Assembly: GCA_050084985.1 (NCBI GenBank)
Contig: JBITNC010000002.1
Span: forward strand, 11,470,001 to 11,534,000
Length of the DNA: 64,000 bases
Direction: 5' to 3'
Source: Nageia nagi
Lineage: Eukaryota; Plantae; Pinophyta
The notes beneath the pieces were generated by a model that was not told the origin of the DNA, did no database searches, and saw only the letters and a program-made list of their open reading frames with translations. Of this stretch, positions 48,401 through 63,400 are shown piece after piece; the first letter of the stretch is position 1; every line of letters starts with the position of its first letter. The translations under genes were made by a program, and so were the position numbers.

Positions 48401-51400
48401 GATTGTTTGAATGGTTGGTTTTATCATTTGATTTATGCAATGCTCTTGCTACTTTTATGAGAGTTATGAATGACATTTTGAGGCCTTTCATTGATGATTT
48501 TGTTATTGTGTATCTTGATGATATTCTCATTTATAGAAATGATTGGGATGATAATAAGGTGCATATTTGTAAAGTTTTTGAAGTGTTAAGGGAAGCTAAA
48601 CTCTATTTGAAGATGTCTAAGTGTGAGTTTGTCAGGAAAAGTTTAATATATCTTGGCCACATTATAGGTGAAGGTCAATTGAGGATAGATCCTATCAAAG
48701 TTGAGGCTATGTTGAAATGGCCTACTCCCACCAATGTGACTGAAACTAGGAGTTTTCTTGGAGTTGTGCAATATTTACGAAAATTTATTGCTAACTTTTC
48801 TTATATGACTTCTCCACTCCATGCTATTATAGGGAAGAGTCATGGATTTTAGTGGGGAGGAAAAGAACAACATGCTTTTGATTTGCTTAAGAAGAAAATC
48901 AATAATGCTCTAGTGCTTGCTTTGCCTAATCTTCAAAAGTCTTTTGAAATTGAAATTGATGCAAGTGACTATGCTATGGGTGCAGTTTTGTTGCAGGAAA
49001 GACATTTGGTTTGTTATCACTCAGAGATGTTCAATAGTGCGATAAGAAACTATCCCACTTATGATAAAGAGTTGTTTGCATTAGTTCAAAGTGTGAAGAA
49101 ATAGAAATATTATTTGGGTGGTAAAGAGATAATAGTACATACAGATCATCAACCCTTACAATATTTACAATCACAATCTAAATTGCAACAATCAAGACAT
49201 TTTCATTGACTAGGATTTGTGCAACAATTTCATTTGGTGATTAAATATAAAAAGGGTTATCAAAATAAGATTGCTGATATGTTTTCTAGACCACCAATAG
49301 TTGTAGCTATTGTTATTCTACAAAATAGTTCTTGATCCTGATTTGCAAAGCATATATCAAAGATTGAGTTTTGGTAATGAAGTTGAAAATATTGACTTTC
49401 ATATGCATGATGGATTACTTTATCATTTGGGAAAACTTTGTATTCCTATTTGTGAGAGGAATGATTTGATTAGGGAGGCTCACAGTTCTTGAATTGCAGG
49501 ACACTTTGGTGTTGGTATGACTCTTGCTAATTTACAAAGGTATTGTTATTCACCTAAAATGCAAGAACATGTATCCAGGTATATTAGAGGTTGTATGTTA
49601 TGTAGTGTTAGCAAACCCAGTAACAAAAAGTTGGGTCTTTGTGCCATTGTTTGTTCTTACAAGACCATGGGAGAGTATTTCTATGGATTTTGTTGGTGGC
49701 TTACCTATTTCTAAGAGAAGAAATGATTATTTATTTGTGGTTGTGGATAGATTCAGTAAAATGTCCATACTAATTTCATGTAAAAAGATTGTGATAGGCT
49801 AGGAGGCTGCTAATCTCTTCTTTACTCATGTGTGGGTACATTTTGGTCTTCCTACTTCTATCATTTTTGATAAGGATTCTAGGTTTCTTGGTAAATTTTG
49901 GACTACTTTGTGGGGAAATATAAACACTATGTTAAAGAGGAGTACAACATTCCATCCATAGACAGATGGTTAAATGGAAGTGGTAAACAGGACAATGGTA
50001 CACCTTTTACGAGGTTATTGTGGTAAGCATATCAAGACTTAGGATGAACATTTGAGCTATATACAACATGCATATAATCAAACTATACACTCTTATACTA
50101 ACAAATTGCCTTTTGAGACATGTTTTGGCTATTTGCCAAAGTCACCTTTCAATATGGTGTTTGCTTCATCTAGTGATGGAGATAGTGTTCTTCATAGTGA
50201 GGAGGAGCAGCAAAAGAATTTTATTGAGAGGATTAGGTTGATTCAACAAAAAGTGAAGGAATAGTTGGATAAGAGTCAAGCAAAGTATAAAGAGGCATGA
50301 TTGTCATAGAGTGGATCACAAATTTTAGGTTGGGGATCAAGTATGGCTTCATCTTAACAAGGGAAGACAACATGGTAAGGGGAAAAAGTTGAAACCGATA
50401 AGGTATGGGCCTTTTACTATTATTGATCAAGTTGGTGATAATGCATTTCAGTTAGACCTACCACCTTATATGCAGATTTATTCCATTGTTAATGTGGATA
50501 ATTTGAAGTTGTATGAACCAGCCTTGGTTGTAGAAGATACATGTGTTATGTTGCCAAAAATTGAGGATTTAGCCTTTGAGCACATGAGTTTTTTATTTGA
50601 GTATGTAGCATTGGAAAATAAGAAGATATCATCTCACAGTGGTGAACATGAGGTGTGGTGTATTGGATTGAAGGGCTAACACCTGCACAAGGCCAAGTGG
50701 TATGTAGTTGATCGAGTGAGGAAGCTCTACCCCCCTCATTTTCCATCATCTTATGGCTTTTGGGGTTAAAAGCTCTCTCTTAATGGTGAGGAATGATCTA
50801 AAATTTGGATCCTCTCAATTTTAAGAAAAGTCTTATTCAGTGTGTTCAACTTGTCTTCAACTTCGCAATGCTTCCTTCGGATCAAAATTTTGATCCTATT
50901 TGTGCAAGTTATGGTGTTTTAAAGTTTGTGTATTTTTAAAAAAATAATATACAAAAATGTAAAAAATTTATTACAAAATGTTTTATAGCTCATTTTCCTC
51001 TTTTCGACACTTTTTACAGTTCATGAAATCGACTTCGTGATCAAAAGTTATTGCATTTTGAAGTTTGCAATGTTGTTAGTGAAATGAGGGGCATTTAGAG
51101 GCCAGATTGAGTGTTTAGACTATTTACAAGTCACCAAGTTGAATTTTCCCATTGGGTTTGCCCATTGAGTGATACTTTCATGTATTTGAGTGTTTCAAAG
51201 GTGTTAGCTTATTTTTAATTGGTTTTTGGGCCTAAAATTGAGTGGTCAAGGTGTTTGTTAAATATTTTTATTGGATCCTAGTTGTAAAGCACTTTAAAAT
51301 TGAGCTTGAATTTTGTTATAAAAAGGAGGCCATTTAAATGTAAAGGAGAGGGATTCTTGGAGAATATAGTTCAATTTTGTGGTGATTTTTAGAGTTGAAG

Positions 51401-51681
51401 GATTGTATGTGAATGTGAGAAGAGGTGCTGGAGGACTATGGAGGTCTTATGTACTTGAATTCCACTCACTATTGAAGAGAGCTTTTGTTGCTAGATGTAG
51501 CACACATTAGGTGAACTAGGGTAAAATTTGCTTGTCTTTATGTGTTTGGAGTTCTATTTTCTTCTTTGGTTTTGCATATTTGCTCTCTAATTTTTCCTTA
51601 CAAGTACTTAATTAAATTTGAGTGTGGAATGATCTTAGAAGAGAATTAATGTCAAATTTTAATTTTATGGTTTATGGATCA
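45403..51681 (+). mobile_element. Ty3/gypsy LTR retrotransposon, CRM-like, decayed
   Basis: LTRs 45403-46279 and 50794-51681 (TGATC...GATCA); PBS TGGTATTAGAG ~46284. gag at 46462, protease DPGSQANL, RT YLDDILI, RNase H DASDYAMGAVL, integrase [13 protein letters not shown] and YGPF, C-terminal IGLKG..KAKWY motif. No clear TSD. Confidence 0.93.
46462..50780 (+). pseudogene. gypsy gag-pol, disrupted
   Basis: ORF fragments from 46462..46929 through 50389..50679. Confidence 0.9.
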
Positions 51682-51989
51682 TAGCAATAACTTATTTTAA
51701 TTCTATGATCATATGCTTAAACATGGAAAACTACTTTGAATCAATAGCATCCCTCTATATATCCACCAACCAAAGCTAGAATGAATAAGGATAGTAGTCC
51801 TCTATATTCTACCAACCTTCATTGAAAAATGAGAAGATAAAACATGAAGCATATTTGCATTTTAGAGGTAACCTTCACACCTTTAAGATTGTTGATTTGA
51901 ACATGTTAGAATAGAATTTTCTTATTAGAGAATAAAAAGTTCACTCACAAGGAAATTTTAAATTTTCTAAAAAGTACATGCAACTGCTC

Positions 51990-52560
51990 ACATTTATTAT
52001 TCTACTTGTTGGGTACCATTTAAAACTAGCTACTATAAGTTGGAAATGTTTCTTAGACATTTCTTGTGGGTTGATGTCTTGTAATTTTACATTGGATATT
52101 TGTTACCTCCCTAAGCTTTTGGATTACAAACACCAAGGCTATGCTTTCAATGCCAAGTGGATAGTTCAACTTCTTAAGGGGATTGAAGCATGGCAAAGTT
52201 TGGCTAGACATTTCATTTATATTAATTATCCTTATGAGAAAAAAGGTTAGAAGCATATGTATATGTAGTTTCCCTCCCTACTTGCTACTCTTGCTCCTAT
52301 CAGAATTTCAATTCTTTTTTTCTTCAAACTATTTGGCTAGCTTGAGAATCTATCAAACCCTATATTGAATGGAAAAGAAATTGTTTCATATTTGAATTAC
52401 TTGTTAACTTTCTAAGTTTATGGTGGTATCATATGTTAAAAAGGAATTCCATTTATTCAAATTCCATGGATTCATTCTCAATATTTTTAAAGTGATGTTT
52501 ATGGACAATAGTATACTTTTTACATCAAGAGGCATAACTATAGCTGTAGCATGGGGGAGT
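51990..52560 (+). mobile_element. L1 ORF2 C-terminal relic
   Basis: DICYLPK...LLDYKHQGYAFNAKWIVQLLKGIEAWQSLARHFI resembles the post-RT region of plant L1. Confidence 0.55.
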
Positions 52561-52604
52561 GGAGAGCCGAATGTCGCATGTGTGTCCATCAACAATATGT
52601 AGAC

Positions 52605-53093
52605 TGAAGGATTTGATCTAGATCTAAACAAATCCTCTAGGACTTTAGACTAGGAAACTCAAGTGTACACAAGATAACACAATCACTCAAGATAACACAT
52701 CAATATAATGTGGTTCCTCCCTCCTTGGGAGTACATCCACAACTAGTTCTCTTATTCTCAAATCTATGTCTCTCTTACAACTATTCTCTAGCTCTCTCCT
52801 ACACAACCAAGTAGAGTAATCTTACTCAAAACTTAGATATGTTTACAAGAGGAGAGGCCCTCTATTTATAGGTTGAGAGCACCTCCCTAACCTTCCTTTA
52901 ACCCAAGGGTAAGGTTAGGGTTACATTAAATGTATCACCAAACTTCAACCTACCAACTAACCACTTTGGTAAAGTCAAAGTCTACATATTAAAGAATTCT
53001 ATTAATCTCTTAAGGTATCTACATACCCTTAAGTGATTAATTGAATTTACAAGGAGTTTAGATATTCACAATATTTCATTACAAATTCTAACA
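52605..53093 (-). mobile_element. Solo LTR of a related copia family
   Basis: TG...CA termini and perfect 5-bp TSD TAGAC. Shares GTGGTTCCTCC..GGAGTACATCCAC and TTAAGGTATC..ATACCCTTAAG motifs with the other copia LTRs. Confidence 0.92.
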
Positions 53094-54304
53094 TAGACTA
53101 TATTTAAAAAATAATTTGTAAATAAATAATTTGCTAATAAAAAATATATCTAAATATCTATATAAATATATCACGTAGTTCACAAAAAATAAATTCATTT
53201 ACTCGCACAAAATAAAAATAATAATTCTATAATTTGAATAGGAGGTTACAAATAATTCGAATAAAACATAGATTGAGAATGATATATCTCAACGTTTTTT
53301 GATATATAAGAGATTATATCTAAGCTAGTCTAATCAATAGTTAAGAAACTATATTCCTTGGCACTAGCTAAAAATAAGGTTTAATTTGAAAAATTCAAAC
53401 AAAGTATCTTTTGAAACTACCAAAGCAAACATACGTCCTTATATGATTAATAAAATAAGTATTTCTTCTTGAAAGCTTGGTGGAATGATTGGTGTGACTT
53501 TACATTCACAACTTTAAATTATTGTGTAAAAATAATGTGTAATTAATTTCCCTAATAATTTAAAGTTATAAATTTACATATATTAAGTTTCTTGATAGCT
53601 TGGTGGAAGATAACTTTAGATATATACATTTATAAATATCTATTTTTTAATTTTAAATTATTTATAATGTCAAAATTTAAATTTTATACATTTGATTATT
53701 CAACTTTTACATGCAACGTCAAAATGTTGAGTATTAGGATTATCATGGTCTTTATTAATTCTAATGATTCCTGTCAACTTTGTTTTATAAATGATGTTCT
53801 TTTTTCTTAATCATTGTTGTCATCTCATAACAAATCCTACTTGATGATATGTTAAAGAAGATTAGTTTGTTCTACTAGTTTATTAATCTCTTTAGTGCTC
53901 TTTAATTCTTATTAGATTAGCTTTGCCCATCTAATAAATGCAACCTCTTTCGAATTGACATGGAATCTATTATGATCCTTGCATAATTGTACGTGTATAT
54001 TTAATTTTATTGTCTCTAACGTTATCACATAAATAGTCAACTATGTAACATAGACATTAGTGCATTAGCTATCAATCTTGAGGTACCTATCTTGAATATC
54101 ACAGTTCTAAGAAATGAGATAGGAGTCTTGAGATTTATACTCCTCAACATTTTTATATATCTATCTAAGATACCAAAGCTACATTTAGTATACCTCAAAA
54201 ACTTATTCATTTCTTATTCTTTTGACACCATATTATATATGTTTTTTTATATCTTTGTAATTTAGACACAAAGATTTAATTTAGTTGGCTAATTAAAGTA
54301 TATA

Positions 54305-54800
54305 CAATTCTTACTTCAAACATGGATTATAATTGAATGCTACATAAAGATAAACTTATTTTATTTCATAACTTATATAAATACTTTAACTATTATTATA
54401 TAATATTTTATGATTCAATTGAGAATTTTTTATTCATAACTCTTATTTAAGTTTTACTTCGATTTTTGATTTTTTTTTTTAAAAGATATATAAAATCAAA
54501 TTTTATTTTATGAAGAATTAACCAAATTACTTTTAAAAAATTTAATTTATAAAAATTATTAAATTTTAAATAATTCTTACTTCAAAAATGAATTACAATT
54601 CAATACTACATGAAAATAAACTTATTTTATTTCATTACTTATTGAAGTATTCAATTATTATTATATAATATTTTATTATTTAATTAAAAAAAATTATTCA
54701 TAATTTATATTTATATTTTACTCTGATTTTTTTATTTTTTTTATAATTTAAAAGAAATATTAAATCAAATTCTTATATTTAAATTAATTTATAAAAAATC
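54305..54800. repeat. ~265-bp AT-rich tandem duplication
   Basis: AATTCTTACTTCAAA...ATAAACTTATTTTATTTCAT... at ~54306 and ~54572. Confidence 0.8.
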
Positions 54801-54919
54801 ACCCTTAGCGTTATGGATCATGAAAATAGTAATCATAATTCAAATATTAAAAGCAAAGAAACTGCTAATGAAACTCGTTTGTAAAAATAACGTTATTGAG
54901 GAATTAAGCATAGATACTT

Positions 54920-56100
54920 ATTAGAAATGAAGAGCAAGTGCGCGAGCAAGCATGACTCGACGCATTTACAAAACAGGGGGCAATACGCTATGGTGCAAGC
55001 GATATGCGATTATGGATCAACTGACGATGATAAAAGATAGTCTTTGACTAAGACTAAAGAGGCTATGTGAGGTGACCCTAGACATGACTACCATTCAACT
55101 CAATCTACTATGCATAGGTTGAAGTATGATTGGGATCACTATGGAGATCAAGTGACAAGCGAGCATGGATTTTATGATCGTATCATTATTAAAGGTGAAA
55201 TTCTTGGATTTATGGAAGAAAAACCACTGCGAAAACCTTTGCCAAGGATTTTTTCATTAATCAAGAATGAAAGTTGGGGGCTCAAGCGATACGATATGTC
55301 GATAGTCATAGTTCAAAAATGTCTCGCGATATGATAGATTCAAGGTTAATAGGGGGTGCCCTAAGAGCACTGCTATGCCCACAATCCATATTGATGAAGA
55401 TGATTTTGATTTCAATTTTTTTACATAAACTGAAGATACCCTCATTTGTAAGATCAAGGGAAGGAGACCGAATCTGGCTAGGCATGAGGAATTTGTTCTT
55501 CAATCTTGGGCCAAAGCCTTTTTCATCACTTTACTAAAGCAAATGCGATTGAAAGATTCCTACACATGGATAATCATACTAAAGTAAATGCAACAAATAG
55601 ATCAAATATGAGTAAAGAAAGAATTACTATTTAGATTGATGCAAACAAACCATGGCCACAATCTATAAATCTATCCTCTAGTAGAGGCGATCGGACCCAA
55701 AAATTTGAATATGAAAATATTGATCTACAATATTATGATTATCAATAGGAAGGTCATTTAAAGAAAAATGTCCTCACATCTTGAGAGCTCAGAAGGTTGA
55801 GGAAGATGGTCCACAAATTTTTTCTGAGGAACATGTGGAAGGAAACAAAAATATAAATAATGATTGTTCATAGGCGATCGACGATAAGGTAGGTTACAAA
55901 ATTGACTCTTCAGCTGACTCCTTGGTGGAAAGTGGTGCAGACGATGAGAATAACCAAATACTTGAGGATGACTTAGTACCTCCTTCTTAGCTTGCTCCTT
56001 GCGATTAGGATGAACCTTCATTGAACATGGATTATGTGAAGGGTAGGAACCAAGTTTTCTCAAAGAATGCATAGACACATAATGTGTCGAATGAAGGTAT
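54920..56100 (+). mobile_element. L1 ORF1 relic (DUF4283 start and zf-CCHC), internally deleted
   Basis: LICKIKGRRPNL and RITI*IDANKPWPQSINL...QKFEYENI....GHLKK match plant L1 ORF1 motifs. Confidence 0.65.
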
Positions 56101-57401
56101 TCAAAAATATCTGCATACTACTCCATTTAAAAAGTGAGGATCAATCATGAAGGCTGAGGGTAAAATAAAAAATATTAATTTGGAGTATGAAGCTATGAAG
56201 GATTATTTATGTGAGATAACTAGATACTACCTTTGAAGCCTTAAATGTAAACATGCATTCTTAGATCTTGAAGCTTTGCAAGATAAGGAATCATTTTGAT
56301 ATAGTACTCTATTTTGAGAGCAAATATTCTTTGTAATTTTATTTTTGTAGCTCATCTACAGTAATGGTTATAGAAACTGCCATGATTATTTTGGTTACTA
56401 TAGATAAATGACTACTCCTTCTGATTATGAAAGTGAAGTGTAGGATATGTGATGTATATAAACAAAATGTAGATATCTTTCAAATTTTGTTAAAATAGGT
56501 TTTTGATCCTATATAAAAAACCACTATTAATATAAATGTACTATTGCTAAAAAAAATAGCGTTAGTGAGATCATGAGTTGATCAAAATGAAAAAAAGGCA
56601 TGTGATGTAATCTTCTTGCAGTATGTTAATGGGTACAATTTCTTGTTTTCACATTGACCTTCTCTAGCAAAGGGTACCAATCACTTCAAATATAATATTA
56701 TCGAACTCTTTTTCAAGGATATCTAGAAAGAAAATATATTTCTTTGAAGTATATGATTCAATAGAAAAAGAAAATCCATGATTTTCAAAGCTTGGTATTC
56801 AATTATTAATATCTTTAGTGATAACTCAAATTTTCTATGTTAGAAGATAAACAATTCCTACGTCTCTTTCTTTTTTATTGAATTTCGATATATTTGAAGT
56901 TGAAAACACTCTCATATTTGATTCTACAAGTGAAAATCTTGGAAGTCCATTGATATCATAATAGCCAAAAAGCTTAATCATATTTATATTTGTGTAGAAA
57001 TAATAAACTTCAATAGTTAATATACTTCATATTTATAGAACACAAAATATCCTATATAAGTAATCAACTAAATTGTAAGAGTGCTTCACTACAAAGTTAC
57101 TACAATTGATAGCAATATCCTGTAGGAAGCACATAAACATAAAATATTAGAAGAAAAAACCATGGCCAAATTCTAGTTTTGGGATTGGGGATTTTGATGA
57201 TCGCCTATTACCTTGAACATGCTTTGAAAGAATGCGAAAACTATGCTTACCTTTGTTCATAAAAAGAAAGTGTTGCATGCTTTGCTTAAAGCGAACATGT
57301 TGCACACTTGCATAAAGCAAAATTGGAAGCATCTTGGGTTTGTAAGCGCAAGAATGCATGTTGGAGTAGAACGATCTTCACTCTGATTGAAGATGGTTCC
57401 A

Positions 57402-60400
57402 TGCTAGGAACCTAGCAGTTGCAAATGAGGTTTTATCCCAAAACCACATAATAATACCGAAATATGTAAAATACCCATAAAGGGTTTTACCTTGAAATAC
57501 CACAACAATGCTGAAATGTGAAATACAAAAGGAAATACATGAAATGGAAGAATTACCACTAATTCGTATAACAATAGAATAATAAAAATAACTCATATTA
57601 ACAAGATAACAAAATAGAGCACTTTAGTGATAGCAATATGAATCATGGACCACTTCCAGGGGGCTTCCTCCTTACAACTCAAAAGATAAAATATTTTTCA
57701 AGATGCTCTTTTTACTCCTCTTACAAGTATTTATAGTCCTCCAACCCTAATTGGCAATTTACATTTAGAATGACTATTTACCTTACAAAATATAATGGTT
57801 CACATTACAAGTCAATGCAAGTAAATAATTAAATAAACTAAAACATAAATAAGCCTAAGTAAATGTTAGAATATTATATCCTAACATGTCACCCCTCTCG
57901 GAAAACAACTCTATCCTCAAAGCTAGAAATTTGGAAACTCCTGCTGAATCTCATGTTCTCTTTCCCACATTGCATCTTCTAGTGCTAGCCACCTCCACTA
58001 AATGAAAACTTGGGTTATGGTGTAATGACAAAGGTTGATGATGTGTTTATCCAAAATAGCTTCAGGTTCAATCTTGATTGAGCCATCATCAGTGAATTTC
58101 AGTACGTATGATTGAATATTAATATGTACCCCTAATACCCTTTTCAAATATGAAATACAAGATGAACCTTGGAGGACATTGATAACTCCATCTTATAAGT
58201 AACAAGTTCAATGTGTTGGAGAACTTTGTGGGGGCCATACAATTTTGGAGCTAGTAAATCAATATAAACTACTTGGACCTTAATGCTACCTTGGATATAT
58301 GTTACCACTATGGGTGATGCTTGACCATACAATGCTTCATATGATGCCATATAAATACTTGTATTATGTGAAGTGTTATACCACCATTTTGCTAAAGGAA
58401 GCCATTTTACCGAATCAATTGGTTAGGTAAAAATAAGTTTCTAAGCACTTGTTAATAATTTTAGACTATCCATCAATCTAGGGATGATAGGATGAACTCA
58501 TTTTGAGTGGAGTTCCCTATAGCTTGAAAAATTCTTACTAGAATTTGGTAATGAACGTAGGATCTTGATCACTAACTATGGTAGAGGGCATACTATGAAG
58601 CTTAAAAATATTATCAACAAAAAGTTGGGTCATATTTATAAGTTTGAACAAATGCACTAAAGAGAAAAAGTGGGCATACTTAGACAATTGATCAACTACC
58701 ATTAGAATAATAAATTTACCTAGAGATTTTGGGAGACCTTCAATGAAGTTCATCGAAATATCAATCCAAGTACAACTTGGGATAGGTAAGGGCTATAGTA
58801 AACTAGGAGTGCCAATTGTTTCACCTTTCTATCACTCAAACATCACATTTGATAAAAATTTCTTGATGTATTATTTCATTTTATCCCAATAAAAATATCA
58901 AGCCACTCTTTTATAGGTTTTGAGAAACCCAAAGTGTCTTGCTGATGGTGCAACATGTAATTCTTGACTTAGTGCTTCTTCATAGGAAGAAGTGGATGGT
59001 AATACAATACAAACTTTGAAGCGTAAAACTCCATCTTTCTAGTAGAAATTAGGTTTACTAGCAAGATTATTCTGAAGTTGTTGAATTAATGCCTGAATTG
59101 AATCATCTTGAATCCATTTCTATTTTAGTTGTTCTAACCATTAGGGAACTAGGAGTGAGATTGCTTGAATTGCTATGAGTTTCTCAAATTTGCAAGAAAG
59201 AGCATATGTAACCACATTCTTTGAACCCTTTTAATAAACCATTTCATATTAATATCATAATAGTTTGGTCACCCACTTTTGTTGTTCATTTATTGCAATT
59301 TGTTGTTTCATAAAATACTTCAAACTATGGTGATCTATGCGTAAGATGAAATATCGACTAATGGGGTAAGGCCTGCATTTTTGAACTACATGAATTATTG
59401 CTACAATCTTTTTTTCATAGGTATATCTAGCCAAAATTTGGCCTGATAATGCCTTTCTAGTGAAATCCAAGGTTCTTCCCTCTTGCATCAAAACTGCACC
59501 CAATCCTACTCCAAAGGCATCACTTTTAATGACAAATGTTTTGGAAAAATCTGGCATGGCTAAAATAGAAGTAGAACACATTGCCTTCTTTAGTTTATAG
59601 AAGAATTCTTCAACATATGATGACCAATTAAAAGCATATTTTTTGAGTAATGATGTGAGTGGAGATGCAATCTTCCCATAATTCTTTACAAATTTTTGAT
59701 AATGACCTATTAGGCCTATAAATCCTTACAATCCTTTGAGTGATTTTGTAATAGGCCAATCCTGCATGTTTGCAATTTTATATGTATCTACCTTGACTCT
59801 GTCCTCATAGATGATATGCCCCAAGTATTCAATCTCATGCATCCCAAAGGAACACTTGGATTTCTTTACATAGAATTGATGCTCTTGAAGTAATTGCAAA
59901 TTTTGATCTAAGTATGCCAAATGATCTTCCCATGTCTTGCTGTAGATCAATATATCATCAAAGAAAACCAAAAGAAATTTATGAAGATAAAGGAAGAATA
60001 CTTGATTCATCAAACTCTGGAATGTTGAAGGGGCATTAGTAAGGCCAAATGGTATTACTAAAAATTCATAATAACACTCATGCATCTAAAAAGCTATTTT
60101 TGGAATATCCTCTTCATGGAATCGGATCTAATGATATCCCAATCATAGATCTAGTTTCAAGAAATATTTGGCTCTATGTAGCTCATCTAGTAGTTCATCA
60201 ATGATGGGAATAGGGAATTTATCTTTCACAATTACTTTTTTGAGCACCCAAAATTCTATGCATAACTGCTAATATCCATTCTTTTTTTTGGATTAATATG
60301 ACAAGCGAAGAGTAAGGAATAATACTTGGCCTAATAATCCCTACTTCCAGCATCTCCTGCATCAATTTTTCAATTTCATCTTTCTACAAACATGGATAGT

Positions 60401-63400
60401 GATAGGATCAAATGTTGGGTGGTTAACTACCGAGAAATAGTTGTATAATGTGGTCTTGAGGATGATTGAGGGGTAATCCTTTTGGTTCTTTAAAAACCTT
60501 CTCATGACATGTTAAAAGTTGTTGTAGCTATGCTAATGCACCTCCCTCTTATGCAGCTAGTTGTATTGCAAATAGTTGTCCTATCATTCCCTTTTGTCCT
60601 TTTCAAATCAACTTCTCCATATGATGAGAACTTGTAATATTTGATTAACCAACATGTAGTTTGGTTAGTTGGTATGTATACCCTACAATAGTAAATTTCA
60701 TCCACAATTCAAGGAAATCCTATAGTATAGGTTCTAATATTCGCAACCATTGAACTCCTAGGACCACATCACATCCTCCCAATGGAAGTACATACATATC
60801 ACTCTGCATGTGATAATCACCCATGTTGAGCTTAACATTGTGACATTTCCCCTTTCAAGATATTCTACCTCCATTTTCAATCATTACTTCAAAATTATTT
60901 TGAGGATATATAAAATAAGTAGCTTATTTGATCACACTAGGATCAATGAAATTATGTGTACTTCCTTAGTCAAGTAAAATGATAAGAGAATGCTTTTTTA
61001 AATATCCACTATCCTTCATTGTTTGGGGTGTCATAATTCCCTCAAGGGCACTGCAAGAAATGAAAAGAACTTCTTCTTCAATTGTTTCAAGCTCATTATC
61101 TTCTTCCTCAATAATAGTCTCATCCTTTGATTCATTAGAAACATCAACATTAAACAAATACAACCTCTATGTAGTACATTGATGGCTAGTTACATACTTT
61201 TAATCATAATTATAGCAAAGACCCTTTGCTCTCTGCTCATTCATTTCCTCTTGAAATGAATGGGTAGGTTTAGGAGCAACTTGATAACCTTGAGGTTTGT
61301 TAAATGGTTGCTTCCCTTATCGATGTTAGATATTAAATTTGTCTTCTACTAATTTGGCAAACCCAATAGCCTGTATCATAGTGCTAGGATTAAACATTTT
61401 GAATTCTACCCTGATATCTTCCTTCAACCCACTAATGAAGCAACTCCTAAAAAAATACTCATCTAATCCCCCTTTGCAATTTGCAAGCTTTTCAAATTGT
61501 GTTTGATATTCCTTCACTGTTGATGTTTACCAAAGTTTTGTAAGAGCTCCTATGAAATCCTCAAAATCACTTGGGCCAAATGTCACTAATAAGTTTTTTT
61601 TTAAATTCCCCCAATAAGGAATCCCATTAGTTTTTTCAAACTAATGGTACCATTAAATGGTCTTGTGCTTCAAATGGAAAGAAGTGACATTGACATTTTG
61701 AACCTCAAGAATTTGATTTAGTGTAAAGTATTATTCTGCTATATAAATCCATCTAGTTGGATCCTCTACATCAAATATGTGGAAGTATAGCTTAGTTTTC
61801 CTCTGAAGGATGAAGGCTTGAGGGTCTCCCATATGCACCTTTTGTGTCTGTAATTGAGTATTATACCCTTAATATTATTGAAAACTTGTACCTGATGTAC
61901 TTTGGGACAAGGCTAGTTGTTGCATAGTTTTATGACTTATTTTCTATACTTGTAATAGATTTGAGTTCATTGAAACATATTTAGTGCCCAATCCAATAAG
62001 CTTCTCTATAAATTAAATGAATTTTGCATTTATCTCTTGAGAAATAAATTCTAGGTCAACTTCACTAAGATGAGCTCAAATTTGTTTAACCTCATTATCT
62101 AATTTTTCTAGAGTAGGGTCTTGAGATCTTCTTCCCTCCATTTGAAATACAAGCTAGGTCATGACTTACTATTTTTGGAAATTGAAAAATGTGTATGGAT
62201 GTTGTATATCGAAATGATTAGGTTGAAAAAATATTAGGAATGGCATAGATTTCAATTTGATGATTTTTAGAATTTTATACTCTTTTTTTCTAAAAAAATG
62301 CTACCTTTGGTAACAAATGGGAACTCACAGAATTTGTTAATTCCCCATGGTTTGGAAGATATTAGCTTTGTAAGTATTTTGCATATTTTGGAGCTACTAT
62401 TTTGGGTGATAAGTTTGAGGGTTTCATGAGATTCTAAAAAAAGGATAGAGTTTTGGCTAAAAAATAACAATTTCTAGGGTTCTACTTCGATGTGACCTTA
62501 CAATGTATAAAAAAATTAGACATAGTTTTGATTGCAAAATGGAAAAATTCTATATTTTTCACTTGGTGTGACCATACAGAAATGCCCATAGGTAGCCAAA
62601 ATTGAGGCATTGGTACCACTTGTTAGGTAAAACCATTTGAAATATGAAAAATATACACAAATGGTTTTACCTCAAAACAACATAATAATGCTGAAATATG
62701 AATTACAAAAGGAAATACATGAAATGGAAGAATGCCGACTGATCCGTATAGGAATAGAAAAATGAAAATAACTCAAATTGAGTGAGAGAATTGAACTATA
62801 AAATGAACAACTCTAAACTTCCAAGATCACATGAAAGCTCATACTAACATCAAGATAACTTAAGACAATCTCACAAAGTGACACAAGATGTAAGTGGTTC
62901 CTCCAACTAGGAGTACATCCACTAACTAGATCTCACTTTATTCACAAACATGAATCTCTTATAATTCTCCTAACTCATCTCCTAAACACTATCCTATAGC
63001 ATAAATTTACTCCACAAATTGATGTGTGATCACAAAGAGGGAGCCTTCTATTTATAAGCCAAAATCCCTCTTTGGATCACCCTTTATCCAATGTACAAAA
63101 GCATAACATGCACATCCTTTTACCCAAGGGGCATGCTCATGACACGGAGTGTAGGACAAGTTACATTATCATATTAACTTAAATACTTAAGGTATAAAAT
63201 GATACCCTTAAGTACTAGTGAACTTACATAGAAGATTATTACATAACCTTTACAATAATGCATTATACATACCAATATTGAGAAGATAATAGAATAGATC
63301 ACTTTACTAATAGCAATACCCATTGCAGGCCTATTCGAGGCGGCTTCCTCCTTATAACTCAAAATACAAAATATTTTTCAAGATCCTCTTTTACCTCTCT

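Noticed and set aside
54920-56100. Possible novel host gene
   Set aside because: Stop-riddled, and carries L1 ORF1 DUF4283/zf-CCHC motifs.
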